Source: a virus. From it: DNA of 64,000 nt. Positions 28,145 to 38,471 of this stretch are shown piece by piece. The notes below the pieces were generated by a model. That model was not told where the DNA came from. It ran no database searches and saw only the letters and a program-made list of their open reading frames with translations. Location of the stretch: positions 1-64,000 of IMG/VR virus record IMGVR_UViG_3300031576_000018; one strand, given 5' to 3'. The translations under genes were made by a program, and so were the position numbers. Position 1 is the first letter of the stretch, and every line of letters starts with the position of its first letter.

Positions 28145-30588
28145 TGGCAGTTAAGTTAACTAAGATAATTCCTGATGCAACGCTGGATAACTGGAGAAAA
28201 TCAGTCTTTGTAGCCTTAGATATCTTCGATGGGTTGTCGCCTTCTGTTATTGGCTCATTTAATTTAAACATGAGTCAAAATGGAGGAACGTTTACCCTTG
28301 TTCTAGAGAATCAATTTAATTCCCATACGTATGTAAAGAACCAATTTGTTACTGTTTTTAGAAGAGGCTCCTTAGAGTACACTGGTACAATCAATGAGTT
28401 AATTCCTGGTCGAACAAAGGGCGGTGTAGCGTTAACGATTACAGGTACGGTTAACCCACCTGCGATTAAGTACATCAGCAAGTGTACATTTATGTCCAAT
28501 CAGAAATTTACCGTCCCTGACTTTCCCACAACAACAGCATTGGCAAATGACAAGACAGCCTTTGAAGATGACGAAACTATTAAGTTTTTAGGGAATTCTA
28601 ACTTTTCTCCTACCGTAGCCGAAGTCATGCAGAACATAGCGGCGTTTAGTGGAGTGGCAATCAATGTTGATCAAGTCATCGAGTTACCACAACAACTTAA
28701 TTATAAAGTCTACCGCTATGTTTTGGGTGCCAACAATGTCTTCGATGCCTTAGAAGAACTGGCTAAAGCCTGTGGATGTAATGCGGTTACACGTATGATT
28801 TCTCCAGGTGTTTTTGGAGTATTTATTGTAGACCACCAACGCAGAGTGTTTAATCATACCTACGAGTTCAGTGACACTTTAGACGGATTAGAACCAGCCT
28901 CGACAGTTACTGACTTTACTGGTTTGGTTATTCATGGTTCTTCGGATATTACGCCTTACAATTCCTCATATGCAGGTGTACCCGAATCAGTAGGAACGAT
29001 TTCTTTCGAGTCTGGTCCGGTGGCGTTAATCGATTTTTCAAAAGGTGAGGGTGTTGTACAGAAGCAGGATCAATGGGAATTTCCAGAAGAAGAAACTCAG
29101 AATAAATGGTCACAAATTACGATTGACCCAACAGCGGAGCATACATTTACTGAGATTTCTAGGAATCTTCCAGTTACACAGTGTTGGGATTATAAGTTAG
29201 TCAGTGAAAACCCTGTTACTTTTTCTTCGCTGACTAATCAGTTTTTAAGCAACTTTACCATAACAGGTGTTAACCCATCTGCACCAAAGCCCGATAGTAA
29301 CGTGCTAACACGAAGAGTGTTTAAGTATTTGGTTTCTTGGGCAAAGGCTGTCTACACACTCAAGCAAGTAGGAGATATTTACCCAAAGGTTTTAGTTATT
29401 CCGAGAGATGCCCCAGATATGGTTGAGCGTTTTGATATTCCCGATAACGAATTTAATACTAAATTATTCTCCTACAGCGTGTTTGCAGGGAACACCCTTA
29501 ACGCAAATTTGCCGAGTAAACTTAGTCTTATCACGCCCAGTGGCTATTCCATCAATGTATTTAAGAATAAAAACTTAACACAAATGGGTTTCACTCAAGA
29601 CGGGGGTTGCTATATTGGTTTAATTCCAAGGTCACGACAAGTTTTAGGGTTACCTGTGTACCCACAGTTACAGATGGTACAGACATCGGTCACAGAGATT
29701 ACAGGGGTTCAGTTTGATACGGTGGATTTTACTTTAGGATCAGACGTTGTTGTAGTAACCAGTGCCAATTACGTTGCCGTTGACGGTTTTGTTACTTTAG
29801 CTAGTTTTCTTAGAGGGAAAAGAAATCCCAACCTCACTACAGAGTATTCAATTGTTAGAGCAACCTCCTCTAAAACGGCTGATCCTAACAACTATACAAT
29901 TAGAGAAATTCTTGAGGAAACTTTGCCCGATGGCACTCAGAATAAAGACAAAGCCCTTATAAAAATAGCCAATAAAGCCCGTAAGACAACCACAGGGGAT
30001 AAGTTCTATTTCGCCAAAGCGGATAGCGTGGGTTTAAATCAAGAGTCTCTACGGGAACTAGTTAATCCCAATAACAATAAAGTATTGATTCTGGATTCGG
30101 GGGTTGTTCAACAAAATAGAGAAAGCCTAAAAGGAGAGTGGACGTTATACGGGTTTAGAAGAAAAGTTTATACACCTACTCTTGTGGCTAGCCTGTCTAC
30201 TCCTGGTATGTATTTTCTATACGACATTGACGATCCCAACGACTCGTTAACTAATGCCCAGAAGATAGAACAAGTAGCTGGCTTTAACCCCAGAGAAATA
30301 AGTTCATCTCTGATTACAGATTTCTTAGCACCTTTAGAGTTTTTCACACACCTCTCCCAATTAGCCTTGAAAATTAAAGAAATACTCAACACAGAATACT
30401 TTATGTTCTCTCCAACTTTTATGGACAGAGGGCAACCCATTCCAGAGGTAGGAGATTCATTAACTATTAACAACGGACTTGCTCAAGGTCAAGCGATTAC
30501 AAGTAAGGTAATTGGATGGAACCTGAGTGTTTCTAGACAAGGTGGCTCTAGGATAACAATTAACTGTGGAAGGTTGCCTATCCTATGA
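28144..30588 (+). CDS. Baseplate hub / tail tip protein
   Basis: YTGTINEL, VFDALEELAKACG, PEVGDSLTI hub-like patterns. Confidence 0.6.
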   Translation: MAVKLTKIIPDATLDNWRKSVFVALDIFDGLSPSVIGSFNLNMSQNGGTFTLVLENQFNSHTYVKNQFVTVFRRGSLEYTGTINELIPGRTKGGVALTITGTVNPPAIKYISKCTFMSNQKFTVPDFPTTTALANDKTAFEDDETIKFLGNSNFSPTVAEVMQNIAAFSGVAINVDQVIELPQQLNYKVYRYVLGANNVFDALEELAKACGCNAVTRMISPGVFGVFIVDHQRRVFNHTYEFSDTLDGLEPASTVTDFTGLVIHGSSDITPYNSSYAGVPESVGTISFESGPVALIDFSKGEGVVQKQDQWEFPEEETQNKWSQITIDPTAEHTFTEISRNLPVTQCWDYKLVSENPVTFSSLTNQFLSNFTITGVNPSAPKPDSNVLTRRVFKYLVSWAKAVYTLKQVGDIYPKVLVIPRDAPDMVERFDIPDNEFNTKLFSYSVFAGNTLNANLPSKLSLITPSGYSINVFKNKNLTQMGFTQDGGCYIGLIPRSRQVLGLPVYPQLQMVQTSVTEITGVQFDTVDFTLGSDVVVVTSANYVAVDGFVTLASFLRGKRNPNLTTEYSIVRATSSKTADPNNYTIREILEETLPDGTQNKDKALIKIANKARKTTTGDKFYFAKADSVGLNQESLRELVNPNNNKVLILDSGVVQQNRESLKGEWTLYGFRRKVYTPTLVASLSTPGMYFLYDIDDPNDSLTNAQKIEQVAGFNPREISSSLITDFLAPLEFFTHLSQLALKIKEILNTEYFMFSPTFMDRGQPIPEVGDSLTINNGLAQGQAITSKVIGWNLSVSRQGGSRITINCGRLPIL

Positions 30589-30740
30589 TTGTAGACGTGT
30601 TGATTAAGTCAATTAATTCCGATGGCACAGTGAATATCGAATTTCAAGGTGTTGTTGTTCCTAAAGTAGCAGGAAAGCCTAATGTTTCTTTAGGCTCTGC
30701 CAAAGCGTTCAAACAAGGCAATTCGTTTAAATTGATATGA
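30585..30740 (+). CDS. 51-aa protein missed by ORF track, paralog of N-terminal part of next gene
   Basis: MIVDVLIKSINSDGTVNIEFQGVVVPKV...; ATGA overlaps at both ends. Confidence 0.75.
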   Translation: MIVDVLIKSINSDGTVNIEFQGVVVPKVAGKPNVSLGSAKAFKQGNSFKLI

Positions 30741-31861
30741 CCTTTAACCCGTCAGATGTAAACATAGAAGGTATTACCCCAAGTGGTAAGAGTTTTATTG
30801 ATGTCTTTACAGAAGGGCTTCGAGAACTTGCAAGGTCTAGGCAAGATGAGCTTTATCCAGGGGTTATTAAGTCAATCAATTCTGACGGTACGGTTAATGT
30901 CTCTGTAAAAGGAACGACAGTTCCAAGATTACCCGTTAACGGTCTAGCCAAATTAGGTGGGGATGTTTTAGTAACTGCTCAGAATATGCTTGTTCTCTCT
31001 AACCTCCCCAACAAAGTTATTAAGGCATCAAAACTTCCAGTAACAAAACCTAGACATGTTTTCGCATCGCAAAGGGATATTCCTTTTGAAAGAACGCACA
31101 GTGTGTCGATAACTCAAGGGGAGTACTTCTTTGATTTCTTTCCTACCGCCGCAGGAGATGGGGTTCTTACGGCGTATATGACAATAAACGGTAAGTTGTT
31201 AGCCGCTTTAATCAACTATGACTTTCCTGACGCTGTATTTGATCCTTATCCACACAGAGCGTTGGAAAATTTCTTGAACTACAACCATGACCTACCCCTC
31301 CCTCTCATGGCTAACCCACCTGACGCTGTGGATATCCCTTTAGGGACTAAAACAGTATTCGGTTTCCCCACAGGTGAAGTTGGTACACACACTTTGATTA
31401 TAGGTGATCCTTTACTAGTTTCTTCTGGTGTATTGGATGCTTTTGTTATTGGTAGTCAGCTCCCGTCTAACGTCAACCCAATAGGTTCAGGTGAAGGAGC
31501 AGGTGTTAGCCCAAATGGGTTAAGTCTTGTAACAGGAACACCATCGTTTGTTCCGGCTCCTTACTTACCATCGCCTGAATCAGGAAGCCTGTTTCATCGA
31601 ATTGACATTACCCCGTACGTCTCCGTAGGACAGGAAAATTGTGGTGTTTTTCAAATAACAACAATTCACAATACGTCCCATTTCGATATTACATTTGATT
31701 TTAGAATTGTAAGAAAAGTTAATGGTACAGAGGTTACTATTTTGAGTGATAATGATACAATGTTCTACAATAGTGGAACGCCTAGCGAAACTAAAATAGC
31801 TTACTTTAGAGAGTTTTGTTTCACAGGTACGACTGTTAATAAAGACCCTTCAGATTGGTAG
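30737..31861 (+). CDS. Tail spike/tip protein with OB-fold-like N-terminal segment
   Basis: GVIKSINSDGTVNVSV...GGDVLV pattern; after hub. Confidence 0.5.
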   Translation: MTFNPSDVNIEGITPSGKSFIDVFTEGLRELARSRQDELYPGVIKSINSDGTVNVSVKGTTVPRLPVNGLAKLGGDVLVTAQNMLVLSNLPNKVIKASKLPVTKPRHVFASQRDIPFERTHSVSITQGEYFFDFFPTAAGDGVLTAYMTINGKLLAALINYDFPDAVFDPYPHRALENFLNYNHDLPLPLMANPPDAVDIPLGTKTVFGFPTGEVGTHTLIIGDPLLVSSGVLDAFVIGSQLPSNVNPIGSGEGAGVSPNGLSLVTGTPSFVPAPYLPSPESGSLFHRIDITPYVSVGQENCGVFQITTIHNTSHFDITFDFRIVRKVNGTEVTILSDNDTMFYNSGTPSETKIAYFREFCFTGTTVNKDPSDW

Positions 31862-31871
31862 GTAAGAAAGC

Positions 31872-32630
31872 ATGACGGTACCCCAGAATGTTATAGCGTA
31901 CGCTAAGAAAGAGTTAGGATACGGTGAGTACCCATCGGGATCTAATAACTGTAAATTTAACACATGGTACGGAGGAAATGGGTATCCTTGGTGTGCAACG
32001 TTTGTTAGCTATTGCTTCTTTATGGCGGGTCTTCCACTACCTGCGTCAACACCTAAAGGATTTTCTTACTGCCCTGCTGGTGTTGATTGGTTTAGGAAAA
32101 AAAACGCCTATCACACAACACCCGTAGTAGGGGATGTCGTTTTCTTTGATTGGTATAAGGGAACAGGAAAAAGTGGAGCCTATCATGTAGGTATTGTCTC
32201 TGCTGTAAACAACGATGGCACTATCTTAGCCATTGAGGGTAATACGTCTAACGTTAGTCAAGATAACGGCGGTCAAGTGATGGAGAAAAAGCGATCTCCT
32301 GTGAACTATCACGGATTTGGAAGACCAGTATATTCAGGGAGTACCCCTGTTCTTACGCAGCCCGTTATTTTAGCACCTGTTGAGGGATACCCAGAGTGGG
32401 ACGGTACTTATTATTACCTAACCTCTCCTAATATGAATAGAGACAAACTAAAACAGTGGAAACTAAGGATGAAACAGAGAGGTTGGAACATAGATACAGA
32501 ACCCCTGTCAGTATATGGTGAGTTCTGTGCGAAAGTAGTTAAAGACTTCCAACTAGAAAAGGGTCTAGAGGCGGATGGTGTTCTAGGACCGCTCACCTGG
32601 AAGATGGCTTGGGAAGCACCAATAACATAA
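31872..32630 (+). CDS. Endolysin: CHAP amidase plus peptidoglycan-binding domain
   Basis: PWCATFVS, GDVVFFDW, HVGIV, IEGNT; C-terminal FQLEKGLEADGVLGPLTW. Confidence 0.9.
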   Translation: MTVPQNVIAYAKKELGYGEYPSGSNNCKFNTWYGGNGYPWCATFVSYCFFMAGLPLPASTPKGFSYCPAGVDWFRKKNAYHTTPVVGDVVFFDWYKGTGKSGAYHVGIVSAVNNDGTILAIEGNTSNVSQDNGGQVMEKKRSPVNYHGFGRPVYSGSTPVLTQPVILAPVEGYPEWDGTYYYLTSPNMNRDKLKQWKLRMKQRGWNIDTEPLSVYGEFCAKVVKDFQLEKGLEADGVLGPLTWKMAWEAPIT

Positions 32631-32728
32631 TAATGTTCTACCATTAAACTATAGCTGTGCTTCGGCTTGATGTCAGGAAACTGACATCTTTTTTGTTTAG
32701 TAGTATACTTAAAAAAGAGGTAACTAAA

Positions 32729-33124
32729 ATGGCTCAGCAACCTAAAGATTCGAGAAACACCTCCAGTGTTCAAAACATATTAAATGACTCTAGACCAAGT
32801 AAGTTGTTGGGTTGGACACAAAATTGTCTACCGAACACGCAGACGACTATCAATATACCGGTTAATGGGGGGAGCTTCTTCTTTAGCATATTCTTTAAAG
32901 ACGCGGCAACAACTAATACGGCGGCTCCAGTGTGGATTTCAGATACTTCAGGCAACGTGCTACCTTCTGCAAACGGCACAGCAACGATAGCTCAGAATGA
33001 AAAATCAATTTGGTTTGAAGGTGGAAGATTAACGTTTACCGTGGAGAAAGAAATTAAGGCACTTTACGTTTGTCCAGTTGATCCCGCTCAAACGGTAACT
33101 GCTCATTTTATAATTGGAGATTAA
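32729..33124 (+). CDS. Hypothetical beta-sandwich virion protein
   Basis: ATG 32729 after GAGG; beta-rich. Confidence 0.5.
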   Translation: MAQQPKDSRNTSSVQNILNDSRPSKLLGWTQNCLPNTQTTINIPVNGGSFFFSIFFKDAATTNTAAPVWISDTSGNVLPSANGTATIAQNEKSIWFEGGRLTFTVEKEIKALYVCPVDPAQTVTAHFIIGD

Positions 33125-33127
33125 CCT

Positions 33128-34120
33128 GTGTTACTTAATACTACTAATTTTTATACAGGTGGAGGAGAAGGTGGGTCTGGGGCTAGCCCACCAATTCCAG
33201 CTATTCCCCCACCCCCTTCAAATTTGCCCGTATTTCCGCCTACTGTTGGTTTAATGACTTTTTTGGCTATTGGGGACAATGTTTCCATTTTCTATAAGTA
33301 TAATGCAGGAACACATGAGCAGTACTACCACAACTTCTTCCTCGTAGACCCCTTCCTAGCGGGTGGGTTTTTGGATTTACCACACACGCCCCTTGTGGTT
33401 TCTGAGGTTACGGTTCAGACTGCGGGTGGGGTTGTGTTAGAGTATGGGGTACACTACACTATTGTATTAGACGGAGCAAACAATCAAAGGAGATTTCTTT
33501 GGAATCCTGCCTATGTGATTGCTGGGTTAACCCAGACTGAGTTTACTGAAATTGCGTTTACTGGATTAGGAGTTGTGGGTGGTTTAAGTTACTTTGACTT
33601 ACCTTTTATTCCTGCTTACCCCTTACAAACGTACTTACAATTTCCTAATGGCACAATTGCAGTTCCTGGGGCTGACTTTACAGTTGTCGAGGATGGTGCA
33701 GGAAATCAGAGAAGAATTACTTGGAATCCTCTGTACGCAGGAACACCTACTCCCAATGGGCTACCCACAGTTGGCTTAATGGTGCTAGCCAATGTGGGGG
33801 ATACACTGATTGCTTTTTATGAAAAATCAGTGTTGACTGTTACACAGTCTGTGGAGATAGAAACATTTTTAGTAGACCCTTTCTTAGTTTCTGGGTCTGT
33901 TCCTCTTACGTATGCTGTTAGTTCTGCGAGTAATATCTTGTTACTACACGTTGGGGCTGTGGCTATGAAAATGGGGGTTAACTATAGTGTTGTTAACGAC
34001 ATATCAGCTCAATTGAAACAAGTAACTTGGAATCCAGCAGTAGACCCAAGTTTGTCCGGTTTAATGAGTTACTTTTCTGCTGGGGATAAAATTATTGCTA
34101 TTTATAAAAGAACAATTTAG
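33128..34120 (+). CDS. Virion protein with three repeated domains
   Basis: GLM...GD...[FI]Y three times and G..[YF][TS][IV]V.D.....WNP three times. Confidence 0.55.
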   Translation: MLLNTTNFYTGGGEGGSGASPPIPAIPPPPSNLPVFPPTVGLMTFLAIGDNVSIFYKYNAGTHEQYYHNFFLVDPFLAGGFLDLPHTPLVVSEVTVQTAGGVVLEYGVHYTIVLDGANNQRRFLWNPAYVIAGLTQTEFTEIAFTGLGVVGGLSYFDLPFIPAYPLQTYLQFPNGTIAVPGADFTVVEDGAGNQRRITWNPLYAGTPTPNGLPTVGLMVLANVGDTLIAFYEKSVLTVTQSVEIETFLVDPFLVSGSVPLTYAVSSASNILLLHVGAVAMKMGVNYSVVNDISAQLKQVTWNPAVDPSLSGLMSYFSAGDKIIAIYKRTI

Positions 34121-34140
34121 GACTATAAGAGAGGGTCACT

Positions 34141-35919
34141 ATGACAATTTTAAAAGAGAAATCGCTAACAGTGGAGTCTATCCATACAAATAAGAATACG
34201 TCGCAGACTGAGCCAGTATCCAGCCTTCCGTATAACACGTTTTCTACGGGTGCTAATACTAAGCTAGACCTAGGCACTGGTTTTATTACCAATGCTGGAA
34301 CACCTACTACTGGACAGACTACTCGATTAGCCAACGTCCAGTTCGTGCTTGACCAGATTGCGTTAGCTGCTACTACGGGTGGTCAGATGAAAGAGGCAGT
34401 CTTATGTGCCGGTCAGCTAGATAATACAGAAGGTATTCTTCCTGCTTTTGGGTTTTATATCACAGGTAGTATTGGTGCGGCACACGCAGGCACCATTATA
34501 GGGTTTGATTCTAGTGCAACCGCTGCCATAACTTTTAAAGAAACAGCTACTCCTTCTGTAGATGGGGATTGGTCTAAGGTTAACGGTAACGCGGTTACTT
34601 CTATGACTAACCTTGTTACAGCTATGAACGCCCACCCAACATTTTCAGCCGCCTATGTTGCTGATTTTAGACCACAGCCAGAGCTTAATACTATCGGTGC
34701 GGGCGCTGGTGTTATTGTTATCTATGCTAAGGCACAGGCGACAACACAAATGAGGATATGGGCAACTATTAACACATCTAATATATTTCAGGTAATTAGT
34801 TATATAGCTGAGGCGAACTATGAGTATCCCAACGCAAATTTTTTAGCTGCGGCTACATCAGACCCCGGTGTAGCGGGCTACCAAGGATTCTCTAGAGATG
34901 TGGCTTCTCTTTTGGAACCAGAAGTTCACGCTACTTTAGCTGAAAACTCTTGGCATTCTTGGGATACTGACGATCAGGTTTGGAATTTTATGGCTTCGTT
35001 CTCCCATGGTATTCCTTTTGGTAATGATGGAACACCCGGTATCGTAGCTCCCAAAGAGAAGCAGTTCACAGTTAATCAAACTACAGGGGAACTAATTATT
35101 AACTTGGGGGATGGTTTAATCGAGTCACCTTCTGAAGACTACGTGCAAGTGGATCTTGAGGCTCCAGGTGCAGGTACCGGTGGTCTCGAGTTTAATGGTT
35201 TAGGCATAGGACTAAAGAAAATTAAGGTTAGCACAGATGAAGCAAGGGGTCTTTCTCTAACTGATAACGGACTTGGTTTAGATATTGGAACGGATACAGG
35301 ACTCCTTTTTAATGCTAACGCTTTAGAGGTTGCTCCTGGTGATGGTATAGCCCTTAGTGCTAATGGAGTAGATGCTGATTTAGAAGCAGTTGCTACTGGA
35401 AGTTTGGAATTTTCAGGTTCTAGCCCTAATAAGAAGATTCGTGCGGCTGTAGAGGCCGCTGGGGTTGGGGTAGGGGGTCTTAAAAGAAATGCGACAGGGT
35501 TGGCTCTCAACTTTGAGGCAGCAGGGGTGGCTACTGGAGGTATTTCGTTAACGGCTAACGGTGCGGCTGTCCTTGTAGATGGCACGACTGTTACTAAATC
35601 CGCTTCTGGTCTATCGGCTAATCGAGCAGCTTTGTCGCCCAAGAATCATGTGATCACACTAACAGGTACGGATATAACCAATCAATGGGTTGCTTTACCT
35701 GCTGCCGCTTTATCGGCTAATAGTGTATGGGTGGTTCCTCTTGGGGGTGTTGCTCAGGAACTGGGTGTGGACTTTACAATATCTGGTATACTAGTCACAG
35801 ACTTTGACAAGCTAGCTTTTGGTACTACTGCCGGGTTGTTTTCTAACCCCTCTGCTAACGGGTTAAGTTCTCTGCTAGCTTCCGGTGATAAGATTTTAGT
35901 TTTCTACGCACATGCGTAA
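34141..35919 (+). CDS. Tail/head fibre protein
   Basis: Gly-rich GDGL/GGL fibre repeats; C-terminal domain homologous to repeats of 33128 protein. Confidence 0.6.
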   Translation: MTILKEKSLTVESIHTNKNTSQTEPVSSLPYNTFSTGANTKLDLGTGFITNAGTPTTGQTTRLANVQFVLDQIALAATTGGQMKEAVLCAGQLDNTEGILPAFGFYITGSIGAAHAGTIIGFDSSATAAITFKETATPSVDGDWSKVNGNAVTSMTNLVTAMNAHPTFSAAYVADFRPQPELNTIGAGAGVIVIYAKAQATTQMRIWATINTSNIFQVISYIAEANYEYPNANFLAAATSDPGVAGYQGFSRDVASLLEPEVHATLAENSWHSWDTDDQVWNFMASFSHGIPFGNDGTPGIVAPKEKQFTVNQTTGELIINLGDGLIESPSEDYVQVDLEAPGAGTGGLEFNGLGIGLKKIKVSTDEARGLSLTDNGLGLDIGTDTGLLFNANALEVAPGDGIALSANGVDADLEAVATGSLEFSGSSPNKKIRAAVEAAGVGVGGLKRNATGLALNFEAAGVATGGISLTANGAAVLVDGTTVTKSASGLSANRAALSPKNHVITLTGTDITNQWVALPAAALSANSVWVVPLGGVAQELGVDFTISGILVTDFDKLAFGTTAGLFSNPSANGLSSLLASGDKILVFYAHA

Positions 35920-35932
35920 GTAGGAGTTTAGT

Positions 35933-36202
35933 ATGTCTAAGGTTAGACCTAAATCATTGCTAGGGGCTTCCCCAACATTGGGGGGGATTCTAGCTGTTCC
36001 CTCTTCAGATGCTACCCAATTTCAAGAGATTGACCCTGCTTCGCTAGGTTCTACCGTGGATATTAGCCCAAGTGCTAACCTTACGTCTAATGGCAGCGAT
36101 ACTTCGGAAATTCAGGCAGGTGCGACTGCTAAGGCTAACTTTGGGGCAACAACCTTAGCCTATACGCCACCATCAGGGTACAATGCGGGGGTTTATGTTT
36201 GA
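35933..36202 (+). CDS. Small virion-associated hypothetical protein
   Basis: AGGAG RBS; N-terminus resembles that of 36998 protein. Confidence 0.5.
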   Translation: MSKVRPKSLLGASPTLGGILAVPSSDATQFQEIDPASLGSTVDISPSANLTSNGSDTSEIQAGATAKANFGATTLAYTPPSGYNAGVYV

Positions 36203-36998
36203 TCTTTGTCATAAATTTTCATTTCCAGATTTAAACGTAACCCTTTATAGGCATTATAGGGATGGCTTTCTTGATCTTCTGGGCAACGTAGAACATTGGA
36301 AGAGTGTTATTGACCAGTTATTTTTTCAAAACCCCAATAAGGAACTGTGGTCCGGTGTGCAAATTCATGTATGGGATATTAAACATCCTAAGCTCAAGGA
36401 GTACGCTGAACAAAAGAAAGCTCACCTTCTCGATATAGATTTTGATAAAGCAGGTGATCAATCTGCTGTCGGGCTTTACTTTGGTGCGGATGGTAAGGAG
36501 ATTGCTTTAGGTGTCTGGACTGATTGTTCTTATGTGGGTTACCACCCGTATGAGTGGTCTTCTCTGGCATTGTCACATGAGCTCGGTCATCTTGTTCAAG
36601 ACCTGTGCCAGTTAAATGAAGGCAGAACAGAGACAATTTATAAACTTCTTTCTAGTCAGTGGGAAACGCTCAGACCAAAAAAGACTGAAAACGTTTATGA
36701 AGATTTTGCAGAATGTTACCGTGCTATCTTAGGGGATAATCGAGTGAGGGGTTCTTATTCAGACGGTGTTTCTTTTCCTAACGCAGGTAAAGTGATTACA
36801 TTTGTAACCCTGTGCTATTGGCTATCTACTAATTTAAGGAACAAAGAAATTTCTCAGCTAACCATTCAGGACTCTTGGATTGAGTGGGTTGAGGTGTCTT
36901 GGTTTTGGATATTTTCATTCAAAACAAGGTATGCTATTAATAGGAACGTGGAGATGTTTAAAGATCAGAATATGAATTTTTCTTGGAGAAAGATGTAA
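36195..36998 (+). CDS. Zn-metallopeptidase (HExxH...EDFAE)
   Basis: GLYF, ALSHELGH, YEDFAE motifs. Confidence 0.65.
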   Translation: MFDLCHKFSFPDLNVTLYRHYRDGFLDLLGNVEHWKSVIDQLFFQNPNKELWSGVQIHVWDIKHPKLKEYAEQKKAHLLDIDFDKAGDQSAVGLYFGADGKEIALGVWTDCSYVGYHPYEWSSLALSHELGHLVQDLCQLNEGRTETIYKLLSSQWETLRPKKTENVYEDFAECYRAILGDNRVRGSYSDGVSFPNAGKVITFVTLCYWLSTNLRNKEISQLTIQDSWIEWVEVSWFWIFSFKTRYAINRNVEMFKDQNMNFSWRKM

Positions 36999-38467
36999 TG
37001 GCTAAACTAAGTTCTAAACAAATCGTAGGGTCTCAAGTAGATGAGAGGCTTATCTCTAAAACGGTAGGGTCTTCTGACTTATCTTATTCTACTTGTGAGG
37101 CGACTACATCAGGAGTGCTTAGAGTTCTAAACGCCTTGGCTATTAACAAAGGCTCTGGTGTTAACCCTAACAGACGAATTGACATCACATGTGGTGCTTC
37201 TGATGCTTTTTATGCCGAGGGTGCGGGTGAACAGGCAAACGTTACATTAAAAAGAACAGGCACGGTGGGAACTGGTGTTAACCCTTACTTTCAAATGGGT
37301 AGGATTCAACCCTCTCCTGTAGCTGAAGCACAAATGAGTACGTTTTTCGAGGACGATAACTCCGGTGGTCAAAAGAAAGTTTTCTCTGTGGAAAGTACAG
37401 GCACATTTGCTTCGATCACCCGTGGTGTTAGACGTTCTTGTTTTGAGAGTTTTATTACAGACGGGGATGATGAGCCTGTCTTTAGGTTAAACTCCTACGG
37501 TCATTCTGGTGAGATGGCTCTAGAGTTTGGTTCAGGGGGATTAAACACTCCGGCTACCTACGACAAGTCTACTGATATTATGCTTCAAAGAAATCCTTCT
37601 GGGCATAAGATAGATATTATAACTGGAATTTATTCTTCTCCCAATACGACAAGGTATACCCGAATGGCTTTAGGGTCTACAGGAATGGATTTTTATCAGA
37701 ATTCTACAGACCCTGCCCCCACCAGTACCTCTGCCAGATTTTGGGATGACGGAAATACCAACTATGTGGGCTTAAAAGCTCCTTCGACAATAGCTTCTAA
37801 TTTTGACCTTACCCTCCCTAGTTCGGCAGGTAGTGTGGGGGATTCTTTGACTCTGACAGGTGCTACTACATTTGGTTTCATAGCTAAGGCGAACGCCACA
37901 CACACACACGCAACGACGGATATAACGTCGGGTACTTTTGCGGATGCACGTATTGCTTTCAGTAATGTTACACAGCATGTACCTATCTACCTAGAAGTCA
38001 TAGCAGCGGATCAATTTATCACTGTTTCAGGATCAGACTGGCTTGTGAACGCAGGTGCTACACTTCAGAACGACGCAACAAACGCTGCTCTCTTAGTCAG
38101 GGCTTTTGACGATACGACTGACGAGGGCGTTGGCTTTTGGTTAGATGTTCCTAGTAACGCAACAAGCATTATTTTCAAAACAAGGGGTAGGGCTGCGACT
38201 GCATCGACTTCTGTGGTAAAACCTTTATTCGCTAAAAGGGGTATCCCCGATAATGGGGCTGTGGGTGCGTGGGCGAGTGTTGCCTTAGGGGACATTAACA
38301 TCCCTAACAATACTCTTTTCCAAACAGATTCTACTACGCTAACCTTGGCAGCGGCTGGTTTGACAGCAGGGGCGCTCAGCCAGTGTCAACTCATACGAGA
38401 TGCAGGTGCTTCTGACACCTTGACTGGGGACTTTATGTTACTTTCACTTACAATAGCGTTTGTCTAA
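36998..38467 (+). CDS. Tail fibre / receptor-binding-like protein
   Basis: NYVGLKAP...LTLP...G and HTHATTDITSG fibre motifs; C-terminal beta-sandwich. Confidence 0.6.
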   Translation: MAKLSSKQIVGSQVDERLISKTVGSSDLSYSTCEATTSGVLRVLNALAINKGSGVNPNRRIDITCGASDAFYAEGAGEQANVTLKRTGTVGTGVNPYFQMGRIQPSPVAEAQMSTFFEDDNSGGQKKVFSVESTGTFASITRGVRRSCFESFITDGDDEPVFRLNSYGHSGEMALEFGSGGLNTPATYDKSTDIMLQRNPSGHKIDIITGIYSSPNTTRYTRMALGSTGMDFYQNSTDPAPTSTSARFWDDGNTNYVGLKAPSTIASNFDLTLPSSAGSVGDSLTLTGATTFGFIAKANATHTHATTDITSGTFADARIAFSNVTQHVPIYLEVIAADQFITVSGSDWLVNAGATLQNDATNAALLVRAFDDTTDEGVGFWLDVPSNATSIIFKTRGRAATASTSVVKPLFAKRGIPDNGAVGAWASVALGDINIPNNTLFQTDSTTLTLAAAGLTAGALSQCQLIRDAGASDTLTGDFMLLSLTIAFV

Positions 38468-38471
38468 AGAT

